A stretch of 64,000 nucleotides of DNA from Octopus sinensis (taxonomy: Eukaryota), in assembly GCF_006345805.1 (NCBI RefSeq), contig NC_043001.1:3038001-3102000 (forward strand), in the 5' to 3' direction. Position 1 is the first letter of the stretch. Every line of letters begins with the position of its first letter. This document shows positions 40,626 through 52,840 of this stretch, one piece after another. The translations under genes and the position numbers were made by a program. The notes under the pieces are model-generated. The model did not search any database and had not been told where the DNA came from. It saw only the letters and a list, made by a program, of their open reading frames with translations.

Positions 40626-43600
40626 TCATTGCCTGCCACCAAACATTGTACATGCTCCCATCCTGCACTTATATTAACTGTCTCTCTCTCTCTCTCTCTC
40701 TCCTTTACTCTCTCTCTCTTTCTTCCCCTCTCGCCAGCCGGTGTGAAACATAACTGGAAAGAAACAACTATCCAACATTTCTATTGGACATAATGTGTGT
40801 GTGTGTATGTGTGTTTGTGTGTTTGTGTGTGTATGTGTGTATGTGTGTGATAAGAAGTTTGCTGCCAAACCACATGGTTCCAGGTTCAGTCCCATTGCGT
40901 GGCACTCTGGGCAATTATTTTCTATTATAGCCTCGGGCTGACCAAAACCTTGTGACTGAATTTGGTAGAGGGAAACTGAAAAAAGTCCCAAATATAAATA
41001 GATATGTGTGTATGTGTATGTATGTGTGTGTGTGTGTGTGTGTGTGTTCATGATTATGTTTGTTTGTCCCACTTGATAACCATTATTGGTGTGTTTACAT
41101 CCCAGTAACCTAGCAGTTTGGCAAAAGAGACTGATAGAAAATGTACCAGGCTGAAAAAAGAAACAAAAAAGGTACTGGGATTGATTCATGTAACTAAAAT
41201 TCTTCAAGGCAGTGCCCCAGCATGGCCACAATCTGATGATTGAAACAAGCACATGATAAAAGACTAGTATGTAGTTTAAGGGAGATTTAGCTGCTATTTC
41301 TAAAAGACTGAGCAACCAGGCAGAAGCCCTCCCTCTTTTTGGCTTTGAATCTATCATTCTTCTAGAACTTCAGCTTGTCCCTTTAAAGACGACTTAAATC
41401 TACCACAACCAACAAATTTTATTCCATGGTATTTTTAATCATGTAACGTAGCTTTAAGAATCACACAAATCTCTCCCCTTAATGTTATTGATTCTGTAGA
41501 TTCTAGCATATTTCTTCCTTCATACATTGGATAACATTTGCAAACTAAAGCTATTAATAATGGAGAGCAATCTGCTGCTGTTCAGCATCATGAAATGCAG
41601 ATCTATTTTTCTTTGCCATAGTTCAAAATTCAGTTCTCTTGCTAAATATATCTCTATCAATTTTAACCATAACCTTGTGCGCATTCATACACGTTGCTGT
41701 TCCTTGATGGAAAATCATGTTTAAAGCCATCCATATATTTTAGCTTCATTTACTCATTTAAATACGCAGCAGATTCACAAAATGAGATAAATGCTCTGCT
41801 CAAGTTTTCAGGTATGTTCTCCTGTGATGCTATCAGTTGAGGGTTCAAACTCTAACGAGGGATGAAGTTTTTTTCTGTTGTGTCTGGGGAGAGTCATCTT
41901 CTTTTTATGCCTTTTAATGTAACACACTCACTGGTAAAATTTCCCCTTTTTTCTTATTTTTATTTTCCTAAAACTTTCATTGCGTCTCGCAACTTTTCCA
42001 ATATTCTTGCAAACCAAATCCAAAAACGAAAGATGAAGTTTTTTGTTTCTTTGTTTTTTGTTAATCCCACTCAACGTGGATTTGAAAGATTTTTTTTTCC
42101 TTTTTGCTTTCTGCTCGTTTCAGTCAATAGGATGTGGCCATGCTGGAGCAATTACTTGAAAGGCTTAGTTTAACGAATTGACCCCAGTGTGTATTGTGCT
42201 TTTGTAAGCCTGATGCTTATTCTGTCAGTCCCTTTTGCTAAACTGCTAAGTTACAGGGATGCAAACAAGTGGTGTGGGGCACAAATACAGACACAAAAAC
42301 ATACACACACTTACACACACAAACACTCACACAAACACACACATACACACATGTACTTACACATATGCATGTACACACACAACACACATATACATACACA
42401 CACACACTCACACACATATGCATGCATACAACATACACACATTCATACAAGCACATACACATATGCACTCACACATGCATGCACACATACACATACTCAT
42501 ACACACATGCATACACACACATATGCACACATGCATACACATGCACACACACACATACACAATGGCATACAATGGGCATTTTTCAGTCTCCGTCTCCAAA
42601 ATCCTCTGTCAAGGCCTCTGTTGGCCCAAGGCTATCAAAGAAGACACTTGTCCAAGGTGCTACAAAGTTGGACTGAATGCAGAACAAACCACAGAACCAC
42701 ACCTGCACCTATATCTAAAACGGGGTTTCCCCAGTCTCCCTCAACCAAATTTATTCACAAGGCATCATTTGACCCACATCTAGGGTAGATGAGTAGAAGA
42801 CAATTCCTGATGCTGCCACACATTAGCAGAGCAACTGACCTCTTTGATGGTACATACTTTTTTCTTATCTATCCGAAGCAATGGTACCCAACCTTGGTAG
42901 AAGTGTTGAAGAGAATGTTTCAGCAATAATACTCAAACTGATGCGTATGAATTCATTCAAGAGCAATGACATTCTCCATATCTGTCTCAGAACAGTCTTT
43001 TATAGCATTCTATATTCTTTACTGACAATGCCATTTCATATTAGGAATACTGTTTTGAGAGTGTTGCTGTCTCTGAAAGATTTTCCACAAGTAAAATGTT
43101 CAAGCAATTGGAAAAAGTGAAAAGCTGATGGTTGTAGGTCTATGGATTAGAAAGGATGATGTAGAGCTTCCTATTCTAATGAATTTTATTCTTTCCTTGG
43201 GTCGCCTAAGTATTTATAGCATTTTTTTTTTTGTGTGGGACAAGGGAGACAGTGAGACCTTTGATTCTTAAGTTTTGGGTCTGGGTACTCACCGTCCATG
43301 TTCAGCAATCGAATACAAACATTATTTTTGGCAAATAACTTCTTTGAGGTCCAACCAATCAAATCCACCCTCAAGGCTTTGATCGACCCAGAATCATTCC
43401 AGAAGCCTGGGAAGTGAACTTCTTAACTACCAATTTCCATGGGTTGTAAAATATCTGTGAAGGAATAAAATAAAAGACTTCTAGCTTTTCACTACTTCCC
43501 TGATCTTTGAGAAGTTACAGTCATAAACTATTGAAACTGTCTGTAAAATTACATTGATGTAAAGAAAAGAGAAAAACAAATCAAAACAGAACGAACTTGT

Positions 43601-43805
43601 TTAGCTTCCTTACATAACATATAACACAGCGTTTCCACTATTTCTCCCCTTAAAACAGTCTCTGCTACTTGAATTTCATAACCGTAGCATTGCAAAGCTT
43701 TCATGTCATAACCAGACAGACCTTAACAGAAATGCAAAATAACATATATGAGATTAGAAAATATCAGGAAATATATATAGTTTTACGTTGATGTCTCCGT
43801 TATGT

Positions 43806-43879
43806 GCATATATATATCTATATATATATTATATATATATATATATAATATATATATATATATATAATATATATATATA

Positions 43880-43936
<57 letters not shown>

Positions 43937-44435
43937 TATATATAATATACACATACATACATACGTTCACACACACACACACATATATGCCCTCTGCCCT
44001 TTTAATCTTGGTGAGGAAATAGCATTACTTATCAAGAACACAAAAACAATACACAAACACACACACGTACATAAACGCTAAAGCAGAAACACACACGCAC
44101 ACACATCAACGAACATACACATACATGTACACACTTGAACTTTACATAATTCATACACAAACCACATTGAAATACATTTGCAGGCATATTTGTGTGTAAG
44201 TATGAATTAAATGCAGGCAGACTCAAGTGCACACACACGCACACACACACACAACCCTTTTGACATAAACACAAAAATACATCAACAAACAACTCTGCCC
44301 ATTTCATACTTGCTCTAACTCCCAGTTTTCCTTTCTCTTTACACACACACACACACATGTCATCATCATCATCATCATCATTTAGCGTCTGTTTTCCATG
44401 CTAGCATGGGTTGGACAAAGCATGTGTGTGTATAT

Positions 44436-44479
<44 letters not shown>

Positions 44480-44565
44480 AGCATGTATGTATATTTTTAT
44501 ATATATGAATATATATATGTATGTGTGTGTGTATGTGTATATACATATATATATATATATATATA

Positions 44566-44602
<37 letters not shown>

Positions 44603-44770
44603 ATATGTATATATGTAATATATAAATATTTATCGATCTAACTATCAATCTAGCTACTTCTAATGTATATATATGTGTTTATATATATATATGTATATAT
44701 ATATATGTGTGTGTGTGTGTGTGCGTGTGTGTGTGCATGTGTGTGTCTATATGTTATATGTGTATATATA
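43806..44770. repeat. Cluster of degenerate (TA)n/(CA)n/(TG)n microsatellites
   Basis: Visible tracts at 43806-43985 and 44420-44770 with CA-rich sequence between. Confidence 0.9.
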
Positions 44771-45399
44771 AGGTGATATGTTGTAGGACTCGTGAAGAGA
44801 GAGAGGAGAGAGAGAGAGAGAGAGAAGGCCAGACGAAATGAAAAGTGACTTTCATCTTTCAATAAAGATTTTGTAGACTCCCTTGAGATGAACATGAATT
44901 TGAATCCCACAAAAACTGCAACAACAACGACAACAACAACAACAACAACAGAAGCAGCAAGAAATCAAGACGAAAGCAAGCAACTGTACGACCACCACTA
45001 ATGGCAACCACATCACGACACCGACCACCCGAGCCCCTTACAAACATAAACATTCATATCACATCAATAACAACCACATCATACACAAGTGTTCTATCGC
45101 TATCAATAAAATTGTTTACACAGCACTTTTCTTCAACACTGCAACATGTTTTTTCTTCCTTTTAAAAAAAAAATACTCTGCATCGGACTAAAAGAAATGA
45201 ATTGAATTGTTAAAAATCCGAACGGAAGTATTTCCAAAGGAAAAAAAAAGAAAAAGAAATAGAAAGCATAAAATAGACATTTAAAAATCAATATATATGC
45301 ACATATAATAACAACATTCTCAGACATACACACACTTATGCATACATACTCACACAGATACACAACTATGCAGACAACACACACACACACACATGCAGG

Positions 45400-45414
45400 T
45401 AACTATATATATAT

Positions 45415-45452
<38 letters not shown>

Positions 45453-45836
45453 CTAATGTCTGTGCATGTATAAAAATATATACATACATACACTCACACA
45501 CACACACATATATATATATGATATATATGTGTGTGTATATATATATATATATTACATACACACACATAAATATGTATATGTATTTGAATTTATGCTGGTA
45601 TGAATGTATCTATTTATGTATATAAGTATATTCATATATATATATGCGTGTATATATATGTGTATATATGTGTGTGTGTATATATATATGTGTGTGGATG
45701 TATATATATATATATGGATGTATATAAATATATATGGATGTATATCTATATATATATATGTATATATGTATATATATGTACATATATACCTATATATATA
45801 TGTACATATATACCTATATATATATGTATATATATC

Positions 45837-45887
<51 letters not shown>

Positions 45888-46810
45888 GTATATATATATT
45901 ATATATATATTTACATATATATATATATATGTATATATATCTATATATATATGCGTGTTTATATATGTATATGTGTATATACGTATATGTGTATATATGT
46001 ATATATATGTATATGTGTATATATGCATATATATGTATATGTGTATATATGTATATATATGTATATATTATGTGTATATATTATGTATATATATTATGTA
46101 TATATATATATGTATATATTATATATATATGTATATATGTATATATTATGTATATATATATATATGTATATATTATGCATATATATATGTGTGTATATAT
46201 ATTATGTATATATATGTATATACATATATATATGTGTATAGATATATATATATATATCTATATGTATATAGATATATATGCATATAGATATATATATGTA
46301 TATATAGATATATATGTATGTGTATATATAGACATATATGTATGTATGTATGTACGTATATATATTTGTAATTCAAAGTGTTTATCTGAATATGTATGCA
46401 TATGAAATATGTCAAGATATATTAGAGTGTTGAAATTGTTGTAGAATTGGATTAAATAAATGCTGTAAAACAAATTTATAAATGTCATGTACCAGTCCAC
46501 ATCGTAGATGTAAATATTGTTAGTCACATATGTGTGTATACACACCTCACTTAAATATCGCATTATCTATGCATATATTTGTATATGTGCATAGTGTATC
46601 ATGTTGTGTATATATCTCTGTATGCATATAAATGTGTGTATATATATGCAGGTATATATATATAAATATATACATGCATATATACATACATATGTATATA
46701 TTTATGTATATTTATATATATATATTTTTATGTAGATATATATAGATATTTATGTATATGTAGATCTGAATACACACATGTAGACATACACACATAAGCT
46801 CACACACACA
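45400..46810. repeat. About 1.4-kb degenerate (TA)n compound microsatellite
   Basis: Almost only TA with interspersed TG/TC/CA; source of the 158-227 aa Y/I ORFs. Confidence 0.95.
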
Positions 46811-48892
46811 CCCATATCGATGTTCACGAGTGCATGCATGTGTGTTAGTTATTTGCCAAGACCTGCAACACACTAAAATGTCCTCGACTCACATTCCCAA
46901 CACAACTCTATTTATTCAATGACTTCAGCAAAGAATTTACAAAATACTTCAGTGTTATATTCCGACATTCTCTTTTACAACATCTTTTTATTTCATCTAT
47001 GCAATGTGCCAGAAAAAGAAAGGAAATAAAACAAACACACACACACACATAGAACTATATATTTTTTTTGCAATGTATCAACAGGCGGGTTTATATATTT
47101 TTTTCTTTCCTCTTTGCAAGGAATGTTTGAAGGGTTTTGTTAATGAATGCTTTCAATTTCGAATTTGTACTGTAATAAAATGAAAATAAAAAAGAAAAGA
47201 CTAAATGAAAATTATTTCCCTCCAAAATAAGTCAGATGTGATGTGATCACTAATTCAGAATGTACTTATGTACATATGTATAAATATATATATATATATA
47301 CATACACACATAACCGATATATATGTACATATATACAAATATAAAAATACATAAATCAATATACATACATATATATGTGTGTGTGTTTGTGTGTGTATAT
47401 ATATATATAAATATGAATGTACATTCGTGCATATTACAAACATCTATTTACTCTACATTTTGTAGCATTTTTCACTTGAGAAAGGACAAAAGAGATTAAA
47501 TTTTATATAATAAAACATAAATATTTTCTAAATTCTTTCTTACATTTCTGTGTCATACACTTTTTTGGCATTCACTGCATTTGAATATATTATTTTGATT
47601 TTAAGATTCAAACGATGGCTGCAAATGATGGATATTTTTATCACTTTTCATAACAAATGTACAATCATATCTGTCTAACTGATTCTCACTTTATCTGTCT
47701 GTCTGTCTCATCATCATTTAACATCCGTTTTCCATACTGTCATGTGTTGAACGTTTTGACAGGAGCTGGCTAGCTAGCCAGCTGCACCAGGCTCCAACTG
47801 TCCGTTTTGGCAAGGTCTCTGTGGCTGGATGCCCTTCCTGGCACCATCCCCTTTATCGGGTGTACTGGTTGTTTTCTGTATAAGGCACCTGCTTCGGTAC
47901 TTTTTCCATCCTTCATTGGTTTTATTTAATTCCTGGTTCCCAACCTACCATGGTATAGATTGAAGGCAACCAAGGAAGGATTTTGAAACAGGCTTCACTT
48001 TTCTGTTTTCAAGTAAAGGAAATCTTTGGTTCCAAAGGCATTAAAAAAGTAAAGAATTGTTGAGCAGTTTGTTGACAGGAAATTTCAACCAACATCATGG
48101 AATACAGCTCAGACACAAATGGTAACAACATCTTTCGTGGCCACAGACCAAAACTTGTAAACATTTACGAAGCTACACTTAAAAGCACAAACATAATTGA
48201 GATTCCATCAACAAGATTTCACCACAAAGAATTGGTTGACACAGAGCAAAGGTAGAGGATACTTACCTCAGGTGCTGCACAAAGGAACCGAATCTCAGAA
48301 TATGTAAATAAGTGTTCTTCAGCCATGCAGGCTGTGCATATATATATATACACATTATACATACATTCATACATATATATATTCTTTTATTCTTCTACTC
48401 CTTTTAGTCATCAGACTGCAGCCATGCTGGAGCACTGTCTTGAAGTATTCTACTCAAATCAATTAAACTCAGTTCAATCATTTTTCAAAGCCTGGTACTT
48501 ATTCTGTCAGTCTTCTTTGCCAAATTGCTAAGTTATAGGAATATAAAAACAGCAACATCGGTTGTCAAGCCAGAGGTGGATGACAGAAAGATGCACATAC
48601 ATACATACATACATAGATGCACATACATACATACATGCATAGATACATACACACATATATATATATATATATTCATCATTGCAATGAAAACCGGTTAGAG
48701 TTAATACTTTAAAAAAAAATCTTTTTGAATTTTCCATACACCCACTTTTATTAAAATTTACCTTCAATTTAGCATTCTGCCTTTTTATAATTTTTCCTCA
48801 CCTATCATTTCTCCATGTGCGGTCAACACAACCCCACCATTTATTGATTTACATATATATATATATTAGAAGGTTTGGAGATGATGTACAGG

Positions 48893-48928
<36 letters not shown>

Positions 48929-49131
48929 ATACACACACATATATACATATTTTATTTGAAATTTTATCCTTAGCTGCATTATTTTAAGTAAAAAATTTCT
49001 CTGAACTTTACCAGATGTAATAGGTTCTCCTGAACTGTTCCGAGTATAATAACTTCACCTGTACTATTCCAGGATTTTAATGTTAAGAATATCGTTTCTC
49101 TTGCTCACATTTGTCCATGTAATGTACAAAG

Positions 49132-49635
49132 GCGCAGGTGTGTCTGTGTAGTAAGAAGCTTGCTTACCAGCCACATGATTCCCAGTTCAGTCCCACTGCA
49201 TGGCACCTTGGGCAAGTGTCTTCTACTTTAGCCTTGGGCCAACCAAAGCCTTGTGAGTGGATTTGGTGGATGGAAACTGAAAGAAGCCTGTCATATATAT
49301 ATATATATATTTATGCATGTACATATATTTTTGTATGCATATGTATGTATGTTTATGTGTGTATGTATGTATATGTATGCATGTATATATATGTATGTAT
49401 GTATATATGTGTATGTATGTATGTGTATGTATGTGTGTATGTATATTTATGTGTGTGTGTTTTTGTGTTTGTCCTCCCACCATCACTTGACAACCGATGT
49501 TCGTGTGTTTATGTCCCCAAATTTAGCAGTTCAGCAAAAGATACTGATAGAATAAGTCCTGGGGCTGATTTTTTTTGACTAAAGGCAGTGCTCCAGTACG
49601 GCCTCATTCAACTGACTGAAACATGTAAAAGAGTA
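49132..49635 (+). mobile_element. SINE family B with expanded internal TATG/TG tract
   Basis: Same head, core and tail as other B copies. Confidence 0.85.
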
Positions 49636-49986
49636 CAAAAAAAGTACATATACACACATACAAATATATATATATATATATATCATCATCATCATCATCA
49701 TCATCATCATCGTTTAACGTCCGCTTTCCATGCTAGCATGGGTTGGACGGTTCAACTGGGTTCTGGCAAGCTCGAAGGCTGCACCAGGCCAGTCAGATCT
49801 GGCAGTGTTTCTACAGCTGGATGCCCTTCCTAATGCCAACCACTCTGAGAGTGTAGTGGGTGATTTTATGTGCTACCGACACAGGTGCCAGGTGAGATAT
49901 ATACACACACACACATATATACATACATACATACATGCATACATACATACATGCATACATACATATATACATTCATACATACATAC

Positions 49987-51129
49987 ATGAGGACTGTGCA
50001 AGCCATGTACAGAGATGCCGTAAGTAAGGTTAGGGTTGGCAACATGTACACAGAAGAATTCAAAGTAGAGGTTGGGGTCCACCAGGGTTCAGTACTCAGC
50101 CCCCTCTTATTTATCATAGTCCTCCAGGCAATTACGGAGGAATTCAAGACAGGTTGTCCCTGGGAGCTCCTCTACGCTGACGACCTTGCTCTTATTGTTG
50201 AGTCACTATCAGAGCTGGAGGTGAAGTTCCAGGTGTGGAAGGAGGGTTTAGAATCGAGGGGCCTTAGAGTCAACCTAGCTAAAACCAAAGTACTAATAAG
50301 TAGGAAGGTAGACAATCCACAAATGTCTTCAGGAAGATGGCCCTGCTCGATCTGTGGAAAAGGTGTAGGTAGAAACTCTATAAGATGTACCCAGTGTAAG
50401 CTATGGACACATAAGAGGTGGAGCAATGTCAAAGGTAGGCTAACTGGGAAGATAGTTTTTGTATGTGGCAGATGCTCAGGAGCATTAACCTCCGAAAATC
50501 TGCAGAAAATAACTTCCGTCACTTTCCAAGGGGAAAAACTAGAAGTAGTTGATAGCTTCCGTTATCTAGGTGACCAAGTCAGTAGTGGGGGTGGGTGCGC
50601 TGAAAGTGTAACTGCTAGAATAAGAATAGCCTGGGCAAAGTTTAGGGAGCTCTTACCTCTGCTGGTGACTAAAGGCCTCTCGCTCAGAGTAAAAGGCAGA
50701 CTGTATGATGCGTGTGTACGAACAGCCATGCTACATGGCAGTGAAACATGGGCCGTGACTGCCGAGGACATGCGTAAGCTCGTGAGGAATGAAGCCAGTA
50801 TGCTCCGATGGATGTGTAATGTCAGTGTACATACTCAACAGAGCGTTAGCACCTTGAGAGAAATGTTGTACCTAAGAAGCATCAGTTGTGGTGTGCAAGA
50901 GAGACGATTGCGCTGGTATGGTCATGTGGCGAGAATGGATGAAGATAGGTGTGTGAGAAAGTGCCAATCCTTAGCAGTTGAGGGAACCCGTGGAAGAGGT
51001 AGACCCAGGAAAACCTGGGACGAGGTGGTGAAGCACGACCTTCGAACTTTAGGCCTCACTGAGGAAATGACCAGCGACCGAGACCTTTGGAAATATTCTG
51101 TACGTGAGAAGACCAGGCAGGACAAGTGA
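49987..51129 (+). CDS. 5'-truncated RTE-clade LINE ORF: RT C-terminal half, inserted PHD-type finger, thumb/C-terminus (380 aa, uninterrupted)
   Basis: VGVHQGSVLSPLLF, LLYADD (50173-50184), GLRVNLAKTKVL, FRYLG, MLHGSETW, LRWYGHVARM, RGRGRPRKTW; the upstream part of the 419-aa ORF is microsatellite. Probably an untranslated dead-on-arrival copy. Confidence 0.93.
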   Translation: MRTVQAMYRDAVSKVRVGNMYTEEFKVEVGVHQGSVLSPLLFIIVLQAITEEFKTGCPWELLYADDLALIVESLSELEVKFQVWKEGLESRGLRVNLAKTKVLISRKVDNPQMSSGRWPCSICGKGVGRNSIRCTQCKLWTHKRWSNVKGRLTGKIVFVCGRCSGALTSENLQKITSVTFQGEKLEVVDSFRYLGDQVSSGGGCAESVTARIRIAWAKFRELLPLLVTKGLSLRVKGRLYDACVRTAMLHGSETWAVTAEDMRKLVRNEASMLRWMCNVSVHTQQSVSTLREMLYLRSISCGVQERRLRWYGHVARMDEDRCVRKCQSLAVEGTRGRGRPRKTWDEVVKHDLRTLGLTEEMTSDRDLWKYSVREKTRQDK

Positions 51130-51215
51130 GCCCAGCCCACTTATGAATGCCTTTCCTCCCTTGGACACAAAGACCTGTTGAGGCAAGCGAAGTCGATATA
51201 GAACCTCATCCGATG

Positions 51216-51996
51216 ACAGGCACCCATGCCAACCCCCTTTGCTTGCGAAGAAATGTTGGGGCAAGCGAAATCGAAATCGAAATCGAATTGAACCAGCCAG
51301 GATCCCTGGTCTGGTGGTACGTAAAAAGCACTATCCGACTCGTGGCCTATGCCAGCGCCGCCTCCACTGGCTTCCGGGCCGGTGGCACGTAAAATACACC
51401 AATCTGACCGTACGACAGGCACCCATGCCAACCCCCTTGCTTGCGAAGACATGTTGGGGCAAGCGAAATCGAAATCGAAATCGAATTGAACCAGCCAGGA
51501 TCCCTGGTCTGGTGGTACGTAAAAAGCACTATCCGACTCGTGGCCGATGCCAGCGCCGCCTCCACTGGCTTCCGTGCCGGTGGCACGTAAAATACACCAA
51601 TCTGACCGTACAACAGGCACCCATGCCAACCCCCTTGCTTGCGAAGAATGTTGGGGCAAGCGAAATCGAAATCGAAATCGAATTGAACCAGCCAGGATCC
51701 CTGGTCTGGTGGTACGTAAAAAGCACTATCCGACTCGTGGCCGATGCCAGCGCCGCCTCCACTGGCTTCCATGCTGGTGGCACGTAAAATACACCAATCT
51801 GACCGTACAACAGGCACCCATGCCAACCCCCTTGCTTGCGAAGACATGTTGGGGCAAGCGAAATCAAAATCGAATTGAACCAGCCAGGATCCCTGGTCTG
51901 GTGGTACGTAAAAAGCACTATCCGACTCATGGCCGATGCCAGCTCCGCCTCGTCTGGCTTCCGTGCCGGTGGCACATAAAATACACCAATCCGACC
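51216..51996 (+). repeat. Four tandem copies of a 197-199 bp unit in the RTE 3'UTR
   Basis: Unit starts ACAGGCACCCATGCC at 51216, 51415, 51613 and 51810; each contains (GAAATC)n and two GGTGG(T/C)ACGTAAAA subrepeats. Confidence 0.95.
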
Positions 51997-52220
51997 ATGG
52001 CCGTTGCCAGCCTCGCCTGGCACCTGTGCAGGTGGCACGTAAAAAGCACCCACTACACTCACGGTGTGGTTGGCGTTAGGAAGGGCATCCAGCTGTAGAA
52101 ACACTGCCAGATAAGATTGGAGCCTGGTGCAGCCTTCTGGCTTCCCAGATCCCCGGTCAAACCGTCCAACCCATGCTAGCATGGAGAACGGACGTTAAAC
52201 GATGATGATGATGATGATGA
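51997..52220 (+). mobile_element. RTE LINE terminal 3'UTR and (GAT)n tail, identical in type to the dispersed family C elements
   Basis: GGCGTTAGGAAGGGCATCCAGCTGTAGAAAC...CCATGCTAGCATGGAGAACGGACGTTAAAC(GAT)n. Confidence 0.9.
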
Positions 52221-52579
52221 TACATACATACATACATACATACATACATACACACCTATAGTCAATTCAAATAAACAAATAAAAATGAACAGCATGAAGA
52301 TGTGCATAAGAAATACAAGAGCTTGATGCTCGGTGAAAGGGGAATGGTCCAGTTCCACTGTATGGGAGCTTAAGAAACTGCTTTCTGCTTTTAGCATTGG
52401 GCTGACCAATCAAAGCTTTAGGAATGGATTTCGTAGACGGAAACTGAAAGAAGCCCATCATAAATATGTATATTTGTATGTATACATGTGTGTCTTTTAT
52501 GTGTGTGAGTGTGTGTCTGTATCCTTGATGGCAGTAAATGAGCCTCACCACCACATGAGTGATGCTGGTGATCTTCAGT

Positions 52580-52840
52580 CATCGTCATTATCATCATCGT
52601 TTAACGTCCGCTTTCCATGCTGGCATGGGTTGGACGATTTGACTGAGGACTGGCAAACCAGATGGCTGCACCAAGCTCCAATCTTGATCTCGCAGAGTTT
52701 CTACAGCTGGATGCCCTTCCTAATGCCAACCACTTCGAGAGTGCAGTGGATGCTTCTACGTGTCACTGGCACATGGGCCAGTCAGGCAGTGCTGGCAATG
52801 GCCACACTCAAATGGTGTTTTTTACGTGCCACCTATGCAA
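52580..52840 (-). mobile_element. RTE-tail element (family C)
   Basis: Reverse complement of the 52040-52220 type sequence. Confidence 0.85.

Noticed and set aside
45552-46563. Long Tyr/Ile-rich ORFs, and similar HT/VC/YI ORFs throughout the window
   Set aside because: Translations of (TA)n, (CA)n and (TACA)n microsatellites
48079-48300. 57-codon plus-strand open frame and a minus-strand GAG|GTAAGT donor
   Set aside because: The 3' part aligns to a decayed SINE B head; the donor is a mutated CACTTGCC
51216-51996. CRISPR-like regular array
   Set aside because: Units are contiguous near-identical copies with no unique spacers, in eukaryotic retroelement context
51141-52182. ORFs of 166-217 aa with repeated peptides on both strands
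   Set aside because: Products of the 198-bp tandem unit; no domain content
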